DNA of 64,000 nt from Octopus sinensis (taxonomy: Eukaryota): the NCBI RefSeq assembly GCF_006345805.1, contig NC_043019.1, forward strand, positions 27,093,360-27,157,359, in the 5' to 3' direction. The notes beneath the pieces were generated by a model. The model did no database searches and had not been told where the DNA came from. It saw only the letters and a list, made by a program, of their open reading frames with translations. Both the position numbers and the translations under genes were made by a program. Each line of letters begins with the position of its first letter. The stretch's first letter is position 1. Shown here piece by piece: positions 1 to 12,508 of the stretch.

Positions 1-44
1 ACATTGTAACGAAGAGTAAATGTCTTATATAATAAGTACCGCGA

Positions 45-400
45 CAACCACGACCACCACGACGGCCACCACCAATACCACCACCTAATACTATAACCAC
101 GTTTAATATCACCAAAACCGCCACGTCCATCTCCACCTTCACTATCACTATTACTACTGCCACTACCATCCGCACCACTACCACTACTACCACCACCACT
201 ACCATCACTACAACCATGGCCATCGCAATCACCACCACTACACCACCACCATTGCTGTTACTACTACTACTGCTATCATCACCATAACCACCACCACCAC
301 CATCACCGCCACCACTTCGGTCACACCCACCACCACCAACAACAACAACAACAACTTCACTACTACTACTACTACTACCACCACCACCACCACCACCACC

Positions 401-431
<31 letters not shown>

Positions 432-680
432 TCATCACCACTACCATTACCACTACTACCACCACCATCACCACCATCAGCATCACTAACATCATCACTA
501 CCACCACCGTCATCATCACCATCACCACCACTATCATTTACTACCACCATCATCACCACCACTACTACACAACCAATACCGCCTCCGCTACCACTTCAAC
601 ACCTCCACCACCGCTTTCATTATCGCTGTTACTACAGTTTCCACCATTTCTACTACGACCACCACCATGACCACCACCGC
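45..680. repeat. Degenerate (ACC/ACT/ATC)n trinucleotide tract
   Basis: Direct reading. Confidence 0.95.
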
Positions 681-1004
681 AGGCGCCAAACACTCAAATC
701 CATGAATCACTAAAAACAAAACCCATGTTCTTTAATACCATCTGTTTGGTTTGGCCGGCCGACAACAACAGCAACAACAACAGGAACTCTTGTTAAATAC
801 CTTATCTATTTATTGTTTGTTCCGATAATTTCCTGCAGGTTAATTAGTACAAAATGAAAGCAGGACTTGATGTATTGATACATTCATGCACGTAATCACC
901 CACATATGCGTACACATTGACACACATAAACACACATAATCATACATAAACATACATACACAAACCGACACACACGCACACAAACACGTACACACACACA
1001 CAAC

Positions 1005-1058
<54 letters not shown>

Positions 1059-1428
1059 ACACACACATCAAAACAAGAGACAGGAAAGAAATTTTCCTAT
1101 TATTTGAATAATGCTAAATTTTTTGCAATGTCCTATATACACACACATACACACACGAAATTTTAAAGTCCAAACCGGCCGTTTTCGAGCCAATTCTATC
1201 TCAAACCAGAACCCCACCAACCGTCTCTCCGAATGGAACACGTTGGATGATATATTCCTTGCCACAAGGCGGCGAGTTGGCAGAAACGTGAGCAGGCTGG
1301 GTGAAATGCCCACGCTCTAAACCACTACGCCATATGCCCACGGGCATATGGCTCAGTGGTTAAGAGCGCGGTGCTGGTGAGCGAAAAATACCTTAGGAAC
1401 GAGAACCCAGGTTCGAAATTTCCCCCAT

Positions 1429-1474
1429 GACACCTAATGAAGGCTGGAGGGTATATCAGCCGAAACGTTGTGTT
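1429..1474 (+). ncRNA. Minimal hammerhead-like motif, core mutated (CTAATGA)
   Basis: gacac-CTAATGA-a-ggctg gagggtatat cagcc-GAAAC-GTT-gtgtt. Confidence 0.6.
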
Positions 1475-1602
1475 AACAACAAACAAGATGAGGACAAATA
1501 TCCGTCAGCTGGACTGAACCCGGAACGACGTGATTGCGAAGCAAACTCCTTACCACACAGCCACGCCTACGCTTATACATTAACATATACCAGATTCTAT
1601 AC

Positions 1603-1803
1603 CAGTGCTTTTCAAGCTTTTTGCTGGAGCGGAACCCCAAGGAAACATTCCACTGGCTCGAGGAACCCCTGTGCAATAATTTAATAGTCTTATGCACACA
1701 TATCTGCACAGGAGAATTAAAAATTACTGCCGATTTTAGCAGTTTTGTAACTTCTTGCGGAACCCCTGGACTGTACTGGCGGAACCCTGGTTGAAAACCA
1801 CTG
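1603..1803. mobile_element. hAT (Charlie/Buster-type) MITE
   Basis: TIRs cagtgcttttcaa / ttgaaaaccactg; perfect 8-bp TSD ttctatac (1595-1602, 1804-1811). Confidence 0.88.
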
Positions 1804-2105
1804 TTCTATACTAATGAACGATCTCAACAAGTCTTTACTATGCCATGTTTTAGGACGAAGTCTCTGTAATTGGATGCTCTCTGTCTTCTCATATAACACG
1901 ATGTGCAGAAAGGAGAAACGCTGCGTTGTGTTAGTAAAAATTCATCTTCGATTTAATAAAGCTCACACACATGTCACACATGTACACAAACACACACATG
2001 TTGATGAGTATGTGTATGTATGTATGTATGTATGTATGTGTGTGTGAGTGTTTGTGTATATATGCATGTGTATATTTACATATATATATGTATATATATA
2101 TATAT

Positions 2106-2148
<43 letters not shown>

Positions 2149-2243
2149 ATATTATCCAAACATGAAAACACAAAGAGAAAACACAACAACGCGAGGACGC
2201 GGAACACGTATTATAGTGTTATTGGACGCTCAGGAAAGAAGGA

Positions 2244-2282
2244 GGGTTTAACGTTTCGAGCGGAGCTCTTCGTCAGAAATAT
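2244..2282 (-). ncRNA. Minimal hammerhead-like motif in a short Penelope-type repeat (about 2160-2350)
   Basis: Minus strand: ttt-CTGACGA-a-gagc tcc gctc-GAAAC-GTT-aaa. Stem I is weak. Confidence 0.55.
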
Positions 2283-2393
2283 AGGAAAAGGAAAGATCCA
2301 AAGAAGGGAAGACGGGGGAAAAATTCGCCAACGGTACACACGCGGTGACACATACATACATACATACATACATACATACATACATACATACAT

Positions 2394-2428
<35 letters not shown>

Positions 2429-2570
2429 TATATATATACATACATATACTATATATTCATCATTAGCACGTACGCATAAATATGTATATTCGTAAATGGT
2501 GACATACATTTTTATACGTACGTACATACATGCATACATACATATTGGAATGTGTGCTTGTATATTGTAA

Positions 2571-2638
<68 letters not shown>

Positions 2639-3336
2639 AGTATATATTTATATGTATGTATGTGTATATATACATTTGTATATATATATGTATATATATA
2701 TATATGAATATATATACATATAATTGACATGTAGACAGACATACATTTCATACGTACATGCATATATATATGCTTGTGTGCGTGTATGTGTGTGTATGTG
2801 TGTGTGTGTGTGTGGTATATGCGTGTGTGTGGTGTGTATTCGTGTGTGTAGATGTGGGTCTTAGTATAACTGTATATAGCAGTTGCATAATTACATATAT
2901 ACACGAATGTCAGTGTTCGAAGCATACATATATACACACACATACGCACACACATACATACATATACACACACATACATACATACACATGCATACATACA
3001 CACACATACTACATACATGCATACATAACATACATGCCTACATACATACGCACATATATACACACATATATAAACACATACAAAAACGCCTTAATTACAA
3101 TAAGTAATTATGTCTCAGTATTCGGGTCTCTGAAATGCTCATGATTCACTAATTAGGTGCGATTATTTGACTAATTATTTGTAAGATAATGAAAAGTCAA
3201 TTATGCAAGTGTAACTAATTGAAGCTCTTAGCGCTTCGGTGGCCTGAGAGGAATGCAGCGCCCCCCCTCCGCCCCTACACACTCATACACACACACATAC
3301 ACTTATACCCCACCCACACATAAGTGTAAATAAGTG

Positions 3337-3383
<47 letters not shown>

Positions 3384-3393
3384 ATTTTTTTTA

Positions 3394-4131
3394 TTTTAAT
3401 CTTTTTATCTTGTTTCAGTCATTTGAGTGCACCCATGCTGACGAATCGCCTTGAAGGATTTTAGAGGAACAAATCGACCCTTGGGCCTACTATTGCCTTC
3501 TGCGCATGCGTGATTATAGTTGGTAATATTGTGGTCACGTGATCAAAGTTTGAGCCCGATCGCGCCATTTTTCTTTCTGGCTTTACAAAGTAAGCATAGC
3601 GGCTTCATTAGCAATGTGCACCAAAGAAGAACAAAGTTCCGTGATATGAGAGCTGGTAATAGTAAACCGGTTTACCATTACCATCTCTTCAGCTTGCTGA
3701 ATCTTCTCGTCAGTGGTGGAGGTTGACGAGTTTCCTGATCCCTCTTTGTGCGTCATGCTTGTCCGACAACTTTTAAACTTTTCCATCCACTCATACACAT
3801 TTCCACGTGATAGTGCATTTCATTAGAAGCCTCCCATGAATTTCAGCACCTGACACACCTTCCGACCAGAGAAATCGTATCACTGCTCTCCGTTTTTCTT
3901 TGGTGCACTTTTCTATTGGAGCGGCCAAGCTTACACTGTAAAGCCAGAAAGAAAAATGGCGCGATCAGGCTCAAACTTCGATCACGTGACCACAATATTA
4001 CGACTATAATCACGCATGCGCAGAAGGCAATAGTAGGCCCGAGGGTCGATTTGTTCCTTTAAAATCCTTCAAGACGGTTCGTGAGCATGGGCGCAGTCAA
4101 ATGACTGAAACAAGATAAAATGATTAAAAAA
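3394..4131. mobile_element. Fold-back chimera: inverted [SINE tail + mariner 5' region] arms around a mariner transposase N-terminus
   Basis: Arms at about 3394-3632 / 3892-4131. Minus-strand spacer encodes RAVIRFLWSEG.SGAEIH...VYEWMEKFK..RTS...G. Confidence 0.75.
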
Positions 4132-4185
4132 TATATATATATACAAATTGAGAGTGGGGTTGTATTTCTCCATTTTCTTATCTCT

Positions 4186-4232
<47 letters not shown>

Positions 4233-4304
4233 TTCTCTCCTGTTTTCTCTCCTGTTTTCTCTCCTTTTTTCTCTCTCCTTGTTTCTCTCCTTGTATTTTT
4301 CTGT

Positions 4305-4346
4305 GTATCTTTCTGTTGAAGAGCGTTGGCTCGAAACGTAAAATAC
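4305..4346 (+). ncRNA. Minimal hammerhead-like motif (core CTGTTGA) in a repeat related to the 2160-2350 element
   Basis: gtatcttt-CTGTTGA-a-gagc gttg gctc-GAAAC-GTA-aaatac. Both elements share downstream ttcctgagcg. Confidence 0.55.
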
Positions 4347-4480
4347 TTTTTCTATTTCTATTCCTGAGCGCTATACTCATACATTTGTTTGTTTGTACTC
4401 CACCTGCCTTCGTCTTTTGTTTATTTTCGTAAACTTTCCCGTTATATGTATGTATGTATATATATATATATATATATATA

Positions 4481-4597
4481 CTTCGATCACGTGATCACAA
4501 CAATATCGACTATAAGCAGGCATGTGCAGAAAGCAGTGTGACAATAATAAAGATATGTTATGGCAAAAGTGCGGATAATTTCTGACTTGCCCTCGTA
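4481..4597 (-). mobile_element. Mariner 5' terminus (TIR tacgaggg...), same family as the fold-back arms
   Basis: Shares cttcgatcacgtga.cacaa...gactataa; ends ccctcgta. Confidence 0.6.
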
Positions 4598-4772
4598 CAT
4601 ATTATTTTCTTAAGGTTATTTCTACAGATCTTTTTATTGAAATTATAACCAGCACTGATTTTTGCTACAACGTTTCGTATCGAGTTACAGGGACATAAGC
4701 AGGGTGGAAGAACAAAAACAAACACACAAACACACGCGCACACAAACACACACACACACACACAACACACAC

Positions 4773-4815
<43 letters not shown>

Positions 4816-4819
<4 letters not shown>

Positions 4820-5005
4820 GTTTCCCACTTAACTTGCGGCCAATATTCCTTAAATCCCTAGCTGTCACAGTCTTGGAGATCCCACGATCGGATCATTTCT
4901 TCCTTGGCGAAGGATCCTTCAGGAATCATCTAACCGTGTCCACATGACCACCTAACTTCTCCGCGATGACATGAAGAGAGGTGCCTTTAACACTTTCCTT
5001 GATGA
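4816..5005 (-). mobile_element. Tc1-like transposase N-terminal (HTH) fragment
   Basis: GTSLHVIAEKLGGHVDTVR*FL..RKK*SDRG...TARDLRNIGR. Confidence 0.55.
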
Positions 5006-5010
5006 CAGTC

Positions 5011-5455
5011 TTATCAAAACCAGAAAGAAGAAAGCTGATTCGAAGACTACAGATCCAACCCATCTATGGAACTGTAAAAGTCTGTAAACCTTTCCAGAAG
5101 TTTATCATTTAAGTATATATGAACATGTCTAGATATGCAACTATATGCATGAGAAGACATACATAAAACAAAGCATAGAAATTTGCACGTAAACATACAT
5201 ACATACATACAAAAATACATACATACATACAAAAATACATACATACATACATATATGCATGCATACATACATACATACATACTACATACATACATACATA
5301 CATACATACATACATACATACATACATACATACATACAAAAATACCCTGTTGTTAATGTTGAAATTCTAATGAAGGAGCCTTGGATTTAGGTTAGAAACC
5401 GGCTCTTTCTCGATTGCCAAGAAATCTTCAAATAAAACTGAATAATGACATACAT
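5011..5455 (+). mobile_element. 3' end of R4/Dong-like non-LTR retrotransposon, family A (ORF C-terminus plus 3'UTR with internal (TACA)n)
   Basis: 5011-5112 reads LSKPERRKLIRRLQIQPIYGTVKVCKPFQKFII*, homologous to the C-terminus of the adjacent element, then a TACA tract and a terminal module of about 115 bp. Confidence 0.7.
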
Positions 5456-5460
5456 ACATG

Positions 5461-7320
5461 GATAACTATTCTTAGCTTTACAACTGAGAACAGAATAATT
5501 GTTTCTAATAGTATAGGCATTACAAAGGGAATATTCCAGGGAGATAGTTTTTCTGTGCTTCTTTTCATTTTGGCACTGAATCCATTATCGTTCCTAATGC
5601 AGACAACAAATGGTTACATGCCAGAAATATCAATGTAACTTATAATTTTTTTGTAGACGACCTGAATATTTATGCTAAAAGTGTTAACAATGCCAAAAAC
5701 AACTGGAATTAATAAAATTTTCAGCTGATATAGGCATGGAATTTGGTCAAAAGAAATGTTAATATTTGGTTATAGAACAAGGAAATTCAGTCCACCAAAC
5801 CCAAAACTTGTGCGACAAAGGTCTCTCTATCTCCCCCATTCCAGACAAAGAATGTTACAAGTACCTAGGCATAGATGAAAATGTATCATATGAAGGCACA
5901 GTGAATAGAGTGAACCAAGAATATTACACCAGACTTAGGAAAATATGGCAGTTGGAACTCTCCTCTTACAGCAAAACAATATCCCACAATGCATTTGCAG
6001 TACTAATGCTGATTCCAACATTTGGGATACTTGATTGGTCTGTAGAGGAAATCCACTCCATGGTTATCAAAACCTGCAAAATCCTAACAACAACTGGGGT
6101 CTTCCACAAAAAGTGATATTGACAAGGTCTACCTTGGAAGAAATGAAGGTGGTAGAGGCTTGAGATCAGTGCAGACAGTCTTCGAATGCCGTATGGTATC
6201 ACTCAGGCAGCACCTGCTAAACAACAGCAGCAAAAATAAATATATTTATGCAAACCTGAAAAGTGAAGTGAGTAACATTGTACGAGTTGGCAGTGAACTC
6301 CTCAAGAAGCACTCTCTCCTTGATGATCTCCTATACAGCCCCAAAACAGCTGGGCTCTCTTACCTCAGAGAAGACCTAGATGGAAAGCACTCAGCATACA
6401 AAAGAAAAGACCATGCATGGGTATGTTACCCGGAAGCTTGTAAAAGACAGTAGAATTGACATGAAGCACAGTCTCTCTTGGACACAAGACCACTACATCA
6501 CATCACACTTTGAAGGCTATGCATTTGCAATCCAGGAACAGGAGATTGCCACAAATTACCTGGAATACAAGAGAGATAGTGACGTTCTTGTAATCCCAAG
6601 GTGTAACTGCATACGTAGGCTATGTCATGTTTCTGTGGAAGACATTACGCATGTGATTAGCAGCTGTCCTAAAATGTCGTCACGGTACTACCTCCTTATG
6701 CGGAACGATGTTGTTGCTAAAGCAATTTATAATGCCATCCACAAAAAAAAAAGACTGTCCTGAAATAAATTTAGAAAATCCCTCTGTTACGGAATACATT
6801 CATAAATACCAACTCAAGGAATACTGGTGGAATATTCCCATCAAAACTTCTGTCGAATGTAAGCATAACAGGCCGGATGTTGTTGTTTGGGACGGAGGGG
6901 CAAAAGGTATGTACCATCATAGAGGTTAGCTGCCCTGCAGATATAAATATCTCTTTGAAAATCAAAGAAAAAGAGGATATCTATGGACAATTGCTTCGAA
7001 ATCCCCTGCTTCTATATCCAGACTATGAATTAATATTCATACCAATAATATTTGGAGCACTAGGTTTTGTTAGTAAATGCTTAAAGGAGATTCTGGATAA
7101 ACTGGGAACTTCAGAAAGAGAAACTGACCAGCTGATTCATACATTACAAATGCAATCTGGGAGCGATACATTAAAAATATGCAAGACTTTTATCAGGTTC
7201 CAAATGTGAATTTGTCTGTTGGCTACATCCCAAAGATGGAGCCTTGCATCTTTGCTGGAAACCGGGTCCCTCCCTAGTGGAAGATTTTGGATAAATAAAA
7301 ATAGAAGACACATATACATA
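5461..7320 (+). mobile_element. 5'-truncated, frameshifted R4/Dong-clade non-LTR retrotransposon (RT plus CCHC and RLE endonuclease), family B
   Basis: GIFQGDS..LLF.LALNPLS, FVDDL, YKYLGI, GGRGL, HG, AIQEQ.I.T, RLC..E...H..S.C, RND, NRPD and IIEVSCP motifs across ORFs 5414-7209. Confidence 0.9.
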
Positions 7321-7324
7321 CATG

Positions 7325-7445
7325 CAAAAATATTCTGCTGTTGATGTTGAAATTCTAATGAAGGAGCCTTGGATTTAGGTTAGAAACCGGCTCTTTCTGT
7401 ACTGGCAAGAAATCTTGAAATAAAAATAAATAATAACATACATAC
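7325..7445 (+). mobile_element. Terminal 3'UTR module of R4/Dong family A (truncated copy)
   Basis: Near-identical to 5338-5455 (gatgttgaaattctaatgaaggagccttggatttaggttagaaaccggctct...aaataaa...catacat). Confidence 0.75.
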
Positions 7446-7469
7446 TTACATACATATTTGTGTCTCTCT

Positions 7470-7574
<105 letters not shown>

Positions 7575-7997
7575 GCAAGAAAAGCAGTAAAAGATGATTC
7601 ACATACGTACACACAGATATACATACACTCACACACACAAACATACAGACACACACACAGACACATACATACAATCTTATACGCAGAATTTGCACAATTT
7701 AGCTTTATTCATCTGTTAAGATGTGATTAACTCATCACTCCATGATTTATTACGATGTTAAATATCTGGAAACACTATCGTTCCTGGCGTCAGAATCTTA
7801 CCCCCACCACCATCACCACACCACACTACCACCACACCACACTACCACCACCACCACCACCACCACCACCATCATCATCTTAGACTATAAGTGAAACCAA
7901 CAATAGACAAACGACCACAAACCTAAGTTTCACTCTCATCTCTACCACTTTCATATGTACACACAGACACGCATACACAAATATAATATATACACGT

Positions 7998-8034
<37 letters not shown>

Positions 8035-8243
8035 GGGAGAGAGAGAGAGAGAGAGAGAGCAATATGTATACATCTCTGCATGTGTATATATTTCATACAT
8101 ATATATATATATATATATACGCATATATACACTTACATATACATAATATATTTGACATAATATATGTATAGATATATGTATATGTATATATGGTATATGG
8201 TATATGGTATATAGCATATTATATATAAATATGTATATACATA

Positions 8244-8301
<58 letters not shown>

Positions 8302-8849
8302 ATATATATATATATACCACATACTACATATATACATATATATATATATATAGTATGTCATATATATATATATATATCATATATATAAATACATACATAT
8401 ATGTATGTATGTGTGTATGCATGCGCGTGTGTATGTGTGCATGTATACATGCATGCATATATGTATTTATGTGTGTATGTTGTCAAAGATGGAAGGAATT
8501 ATTAAGAGAGAAAAAGAGAGGAACAAATCAAAAGAAGATACGTCTAGTTGTCAGAATGAATTAATAACGCCGATGCGACCTTAACCATTTTATGAACACA
8601 GCCCTGCTTGTGTAGATAGCTATGAATGTGCGTGTATACATACACACTTCATATCTATGCTCCTTGGCAGCCATCATTTACGTTGCCATAATAGAAATTG
8701 ATGTAATTATTGCCATTGGCGACATGTGGCCTCTAACATGGCAACAAGCTAAGCTGGCTTCCCAACATCTTTCACGAAATCATCGAATAGGGGCCAGTTA
8801 AATCGATTCTGTTGCTTTTCCGAAGCTGTTGATAGTGATCAGTTGCACA

Positions 8850-9010
8850 AAAATTCTGATAGAGGGAATAAGCCTTATTTATAAGGGAGATAACTGGACA
8901 GAGGTTTAAGATCTCAGTTTCTTGTGTAGTATATCAGCAAGACCATGGAACGTGTCATTGCAGAGAAAATGGCTGCGTTTCTTAATGAGATTTATAAATT
9001 AAATGATACT
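8850..9010 (+). mobile_element. Old CR1/L2-type RT fragment
   Basis: IYKG...ISFLCS.SKTMERVIAEKMAAFL resembles RPISL...SK.MER.I. Confidence 0.4.
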
Positions 9011-9838
9011 TAAACCCGATTCTACTCGATATTGATACAGCTTCTTACAGCTGTTGACGCAGAACTAGCTACAAAACCAGTCAAACTTAGACGTGGTATC
9101 GCCGATCGTAACGAAAGTGTATCGTCAACGTTGATCAACAGGATTATTTGTCACAAGTCATGGGATTTTAGCATAGTTTGTAAACTAAAAGAATGGTTGT
9201 TTGACTTCTCGATAGCAAAAGTTTTCCGGGTGAGGGTTGTTCGAAGAGAGAACCATTATCTAAAACAACAGTAACTTGTTTTAGGTGACGGTTGTCTGTC
9301 CGAAACGTCGATGGTTCAGAGCAGCGCGCCATAAAGAACCGCCTGTGGAACATTATTTTTTACACTTCATTTTTTTTTTACATAGCATAACTGATTTGTT
9401 CGTGGAGGCACTTGGCCTAGGGGTTAGAGCAGCGGATTCGCCAATGAAACCGGGAAACCAGCCCTTATGAGCCAGGCGTGGCTCGTGAAGAAACAAACAA
9501 CGACAACAATTGATTTGTTCGTCAATAAAAACATGTTTGAAACAGCTGTAGTGAACCTCAGCCCATCTGTGTTATTATCTATACTTCACAACACTCGGAA
9601 CCTTGCCTGCGTTGGATCACGAGCCAATCATTAACTTCCCAATTTCCATTTTCTTTTTCTTCTTTTCTATGAATATAAACTAGATCTTTTTTTTTTTAAT
9701 ATACACCTATTATTTTAAGGAAATTAATTCCCCCCAAATAAAAAGGAATTGAACCAGTATGTCCTTGGATGAAAGCATCTCTTCATGAGGTTAACATAAC
9801 CTCTAATAGTATACATATATATATATATGTATATGTAT

Positions 9839-9917
<79 letters not shown>

Positions 9918-9969
9918 ATAACTGACCACGCACACATACATACACACACAGTCATACATATACATATAC

Positions 9970-10135
<166 letters not shown>

Positions 10136-10439
10136 CGCAGCTGTGTAATAGGAAGCCATCTTTTCAGCTTTTCTATTTCTGTTCTTTGGAGAAATTGTTT
10201 TTATCATTATAAAAATATTATTTTTCAAATATTTCCTTTGAGAAACGAAAAAAAAAAAAAAAAGAGAAAGAAAAGTCAGAGAACATGCGACCAGCAGGAA
10301 CTTTGCTATTTCAGACGTTTTGTTCCAATTTTCTTTTCTTTGTGAGTTAATTAAATGTTGATATTGTGTATAGTCAAAAGTTTTGTAATACACTGGAAAA
10401 TGCTTTGGTTTTTATCCGTCAAGTTACAAAAGCAGCCAC

Positions 10440-11340
10440 ATTCAAAGTAGAGGGAATCTTGTTCACCGTCTGGAGACACCTTTCTTCCAGTTCTTTGATC
10501 CCATGCTGATACCAATTCTCGGGATCTTTTCGGTTTGAACGGCAGTTTTTAACATAATTTCCACGTAACTAAAAAATTTTAAACTTCGTATACTGGTAGA
10601 ATGTGTTTATAAAACATCTTTTTCTCTTGGCTTTATTGAGAAAATTATATAGTTTGTAAGATATTTGTTGTTTTTTTTCTTCAATTTCTGCAATTTCAAC
10701 CAATCACTGACGTCTATTGAGGTAAAAAAAATCATTCTGTGCCGTATGAATATGTCCCTCGTTTAAGAAACAGATTGGGCTTATTTACATTCGTGAAGAA
10801 AAAAAGATACCCTTCCCCCCACCCCTAACCCTAACCCTAACCCTAAAATAGATTGAAATGCAATAGATTGATACTAGGGTCATAATTATGGGTGACAATT
10901 TCATATGACACCGCTAGAAAGAACTGCCGTTCAAACCGAAAAGATCCAATTCTTGTCTTTCGAGGTGAAGAACTCCTTGACTGAAGCTTTCATCTAGCTC
11001 TTGGTTGGTGAAGCATCGCGAGCGCAGGAAGTGAGCCATGGATCGGGACAAATGATAGTCCGCGGGAGCTAGGTCCGGACTATACACTGGGTGTAACATC
11101 ATTTCGATTCCGTTAAGTATTAGGAGTTTATTCTGGGTCGTTCGAGCGGTGTGAAGCCTTGTGTTGTCTTGCTGCAGAAGAACACGCTTTCTGTGTTAAC
11201 CAATTTCCGGTGTTTTTACCGCTCAATGGCAGACATCTGCTCCAGCTGTTCGAACTACATGTTGATATCGATGGATCGACCGTCCGAAACGAACTCGTAG
11301 TGAATTATCCCCTTATAATTCCATTAGATGCAGACCATAT
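10440..11340 (-). mobile_element. Degraded mariner (DD34D) split by a Merlin MITE
   Basis: HPVYSPDLAPADYHL motif; the reading continues across the MITE (WYQHGIKEL.ER). Confidence 0.75.
10522..10947. mobile_element. Merlin-type MITE with (CCCTAA)4, nested in a mariner
   Basis: TIR ggatcttttcggtttgaacggcagtt; 8-bp TSD aattctcg/aattcttg. Confidence 0.85.
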
Positions 11341-11447
11341 ATATATATATATATATAATAAAAATATTAAAATTACTAAGTCTCTCTAAAATAAATAAAA
11401 CCTTCGAACAGAGACGATCAGTGGCGACACCTGCTGGGTCTGACTAC

Positions 11448-11490
11448 GCTACATTGACAAAGGGCAAATACCCTGAAACGCGTCTGTAGC
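11448..11490 (+). ncRNA. Decayed hammerhead motif (core TTGACAA) in a short element between TA repeats
   Basis: gctaca-TTGACAA-aggg caaata ccct-GAAAC-gc-GTC-tgtagc. Perfect stems I and II; enclosed by the inverted repeat aaccttcgaaca/tgttcgaaggtt. Confidence 0.6.
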
Positions 11491-11650
11491 TGTCTGACTG
11501 GCAGTGTGAAGCGGCTGACCTCCCTTGTTCGAAGGTTATAATGGATACAGTTTGTGTATCAAATAGCTAGCTTAAGGCGATGGCCTCATGGAGCTAATCA
11601 GCGACAGCTTTAGTCTTATGTCTATAAGACTGCCATATTAATATGGCGAT

Positions 11651-11696
<46 letters not shown>

Positions 11697-11749
11697 CCAA
11701 AATAAGCAGCCCGGAAAAATTTAAAACAGAGGGTTACCTACTTGCATTA

Positions 11750-12045
11750 TTGACCGAAGTTGCCGTGGGCTTTTCCGTAGGCTTTTCTTTCCACGGATAA
11801 ACCCTATCTGCTTCCCCCTTTACATTTTACATCATGACATTTCTGTGATACACGATCCCTATTGATCGTTTTTTTCTTTTTCTTTTTTTTCTTTTCTTTC
11901 CTTTTTATTCTTTCTCTTTTACGATACCTTTTGATCGAAAACCTATCCCACTTCTTTTTCTTTTCTCCCCATGAAGAAAAGCTCTACTTTGTAAGCTGGT
12001 CCCGTCTGTCTGCAGCCCTGTGTGGCTAATAAAAAAACATATCTA
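11750..12045 (+). mobile_element. Probable LINE 3'UTR (Tx1-like?) ending aataaa...catatctat
   Basis: Homologous to 63615-63985 in reverse orientation. Confidence 0.55.
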
Positions 12046-12049
12046 TGCA

Positions 12050-12332
12050 TGTATGTATATTTTAAAATTATAAGTATATGAAAGAATGGAGTTGAACGAC
12101 TAGTTAACAAATATCCTTTATTCTCGACATATGTTTCGAAGGCTGCATATTCCTAATTCCGAAGGAATAAGGAGTACATTATGCAGATTTCTCATCAGGA
12201 AAATCAAGGAACTTATTCCTTCGGAATTAGGAATATGCAGCCTTCGAAACATATATCGAGAATAAAGGATATTTGTTAACTAGTCGTTCAACTCCATTCT
12301 TTCATATACTTATAATTTTAAAATAAACATAC
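12050..12332. mobile_element. Palindromic (fold-back) Penelope-LTR-like mini-element
   Basis: Near-perfect inverted arms of about 120 bp (12050-12171 / 12212-12332) with a 40-nt spacer; contains a hammerhead. Confidence 0.75.
12115..12209 (-). ncRNA. Type I hammerhead ribozyme motif, intact core (Penelope/retrozyme type)
   Basis: Minus strand: ccttgattttc-CTGATGA-Gaaatctgcata...tatgcagccttC-GAAAC-atat-GTC-gagaataaagg. Stem I 10/11 bp, extended stem II, palindromic stem III ACATATGT. Confidence 0.8.
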
Positions 12333-12475
12333 AAAGTTCCGCACGAAGACACGTAGTCTATGCCCTAGGGACGTAGCTTCAACCGTGTTCTTTCTGATGT
12401 GAATTTGCTACCCAGGTATCGGTTATCTTTCGAATTATCCTTAATAAGATAATGCATTCAATTACTCAAATATGC

Positions 12476-12508
<33 letters not shown>

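Noticed and set aside
5338-7445. Direct repeats flanking the RT region read as LTRs
   Set aside because: No TG...CA, PBS or integrase; the RT is non-LTR with RLE, and the repeat is homologous to the element's own 3'UTR.
10823-10846. (CCCTAA)n as a chromosome end or fusion scar
   Set aside because: Only 2-4 units, always at the same position inside a MITE.
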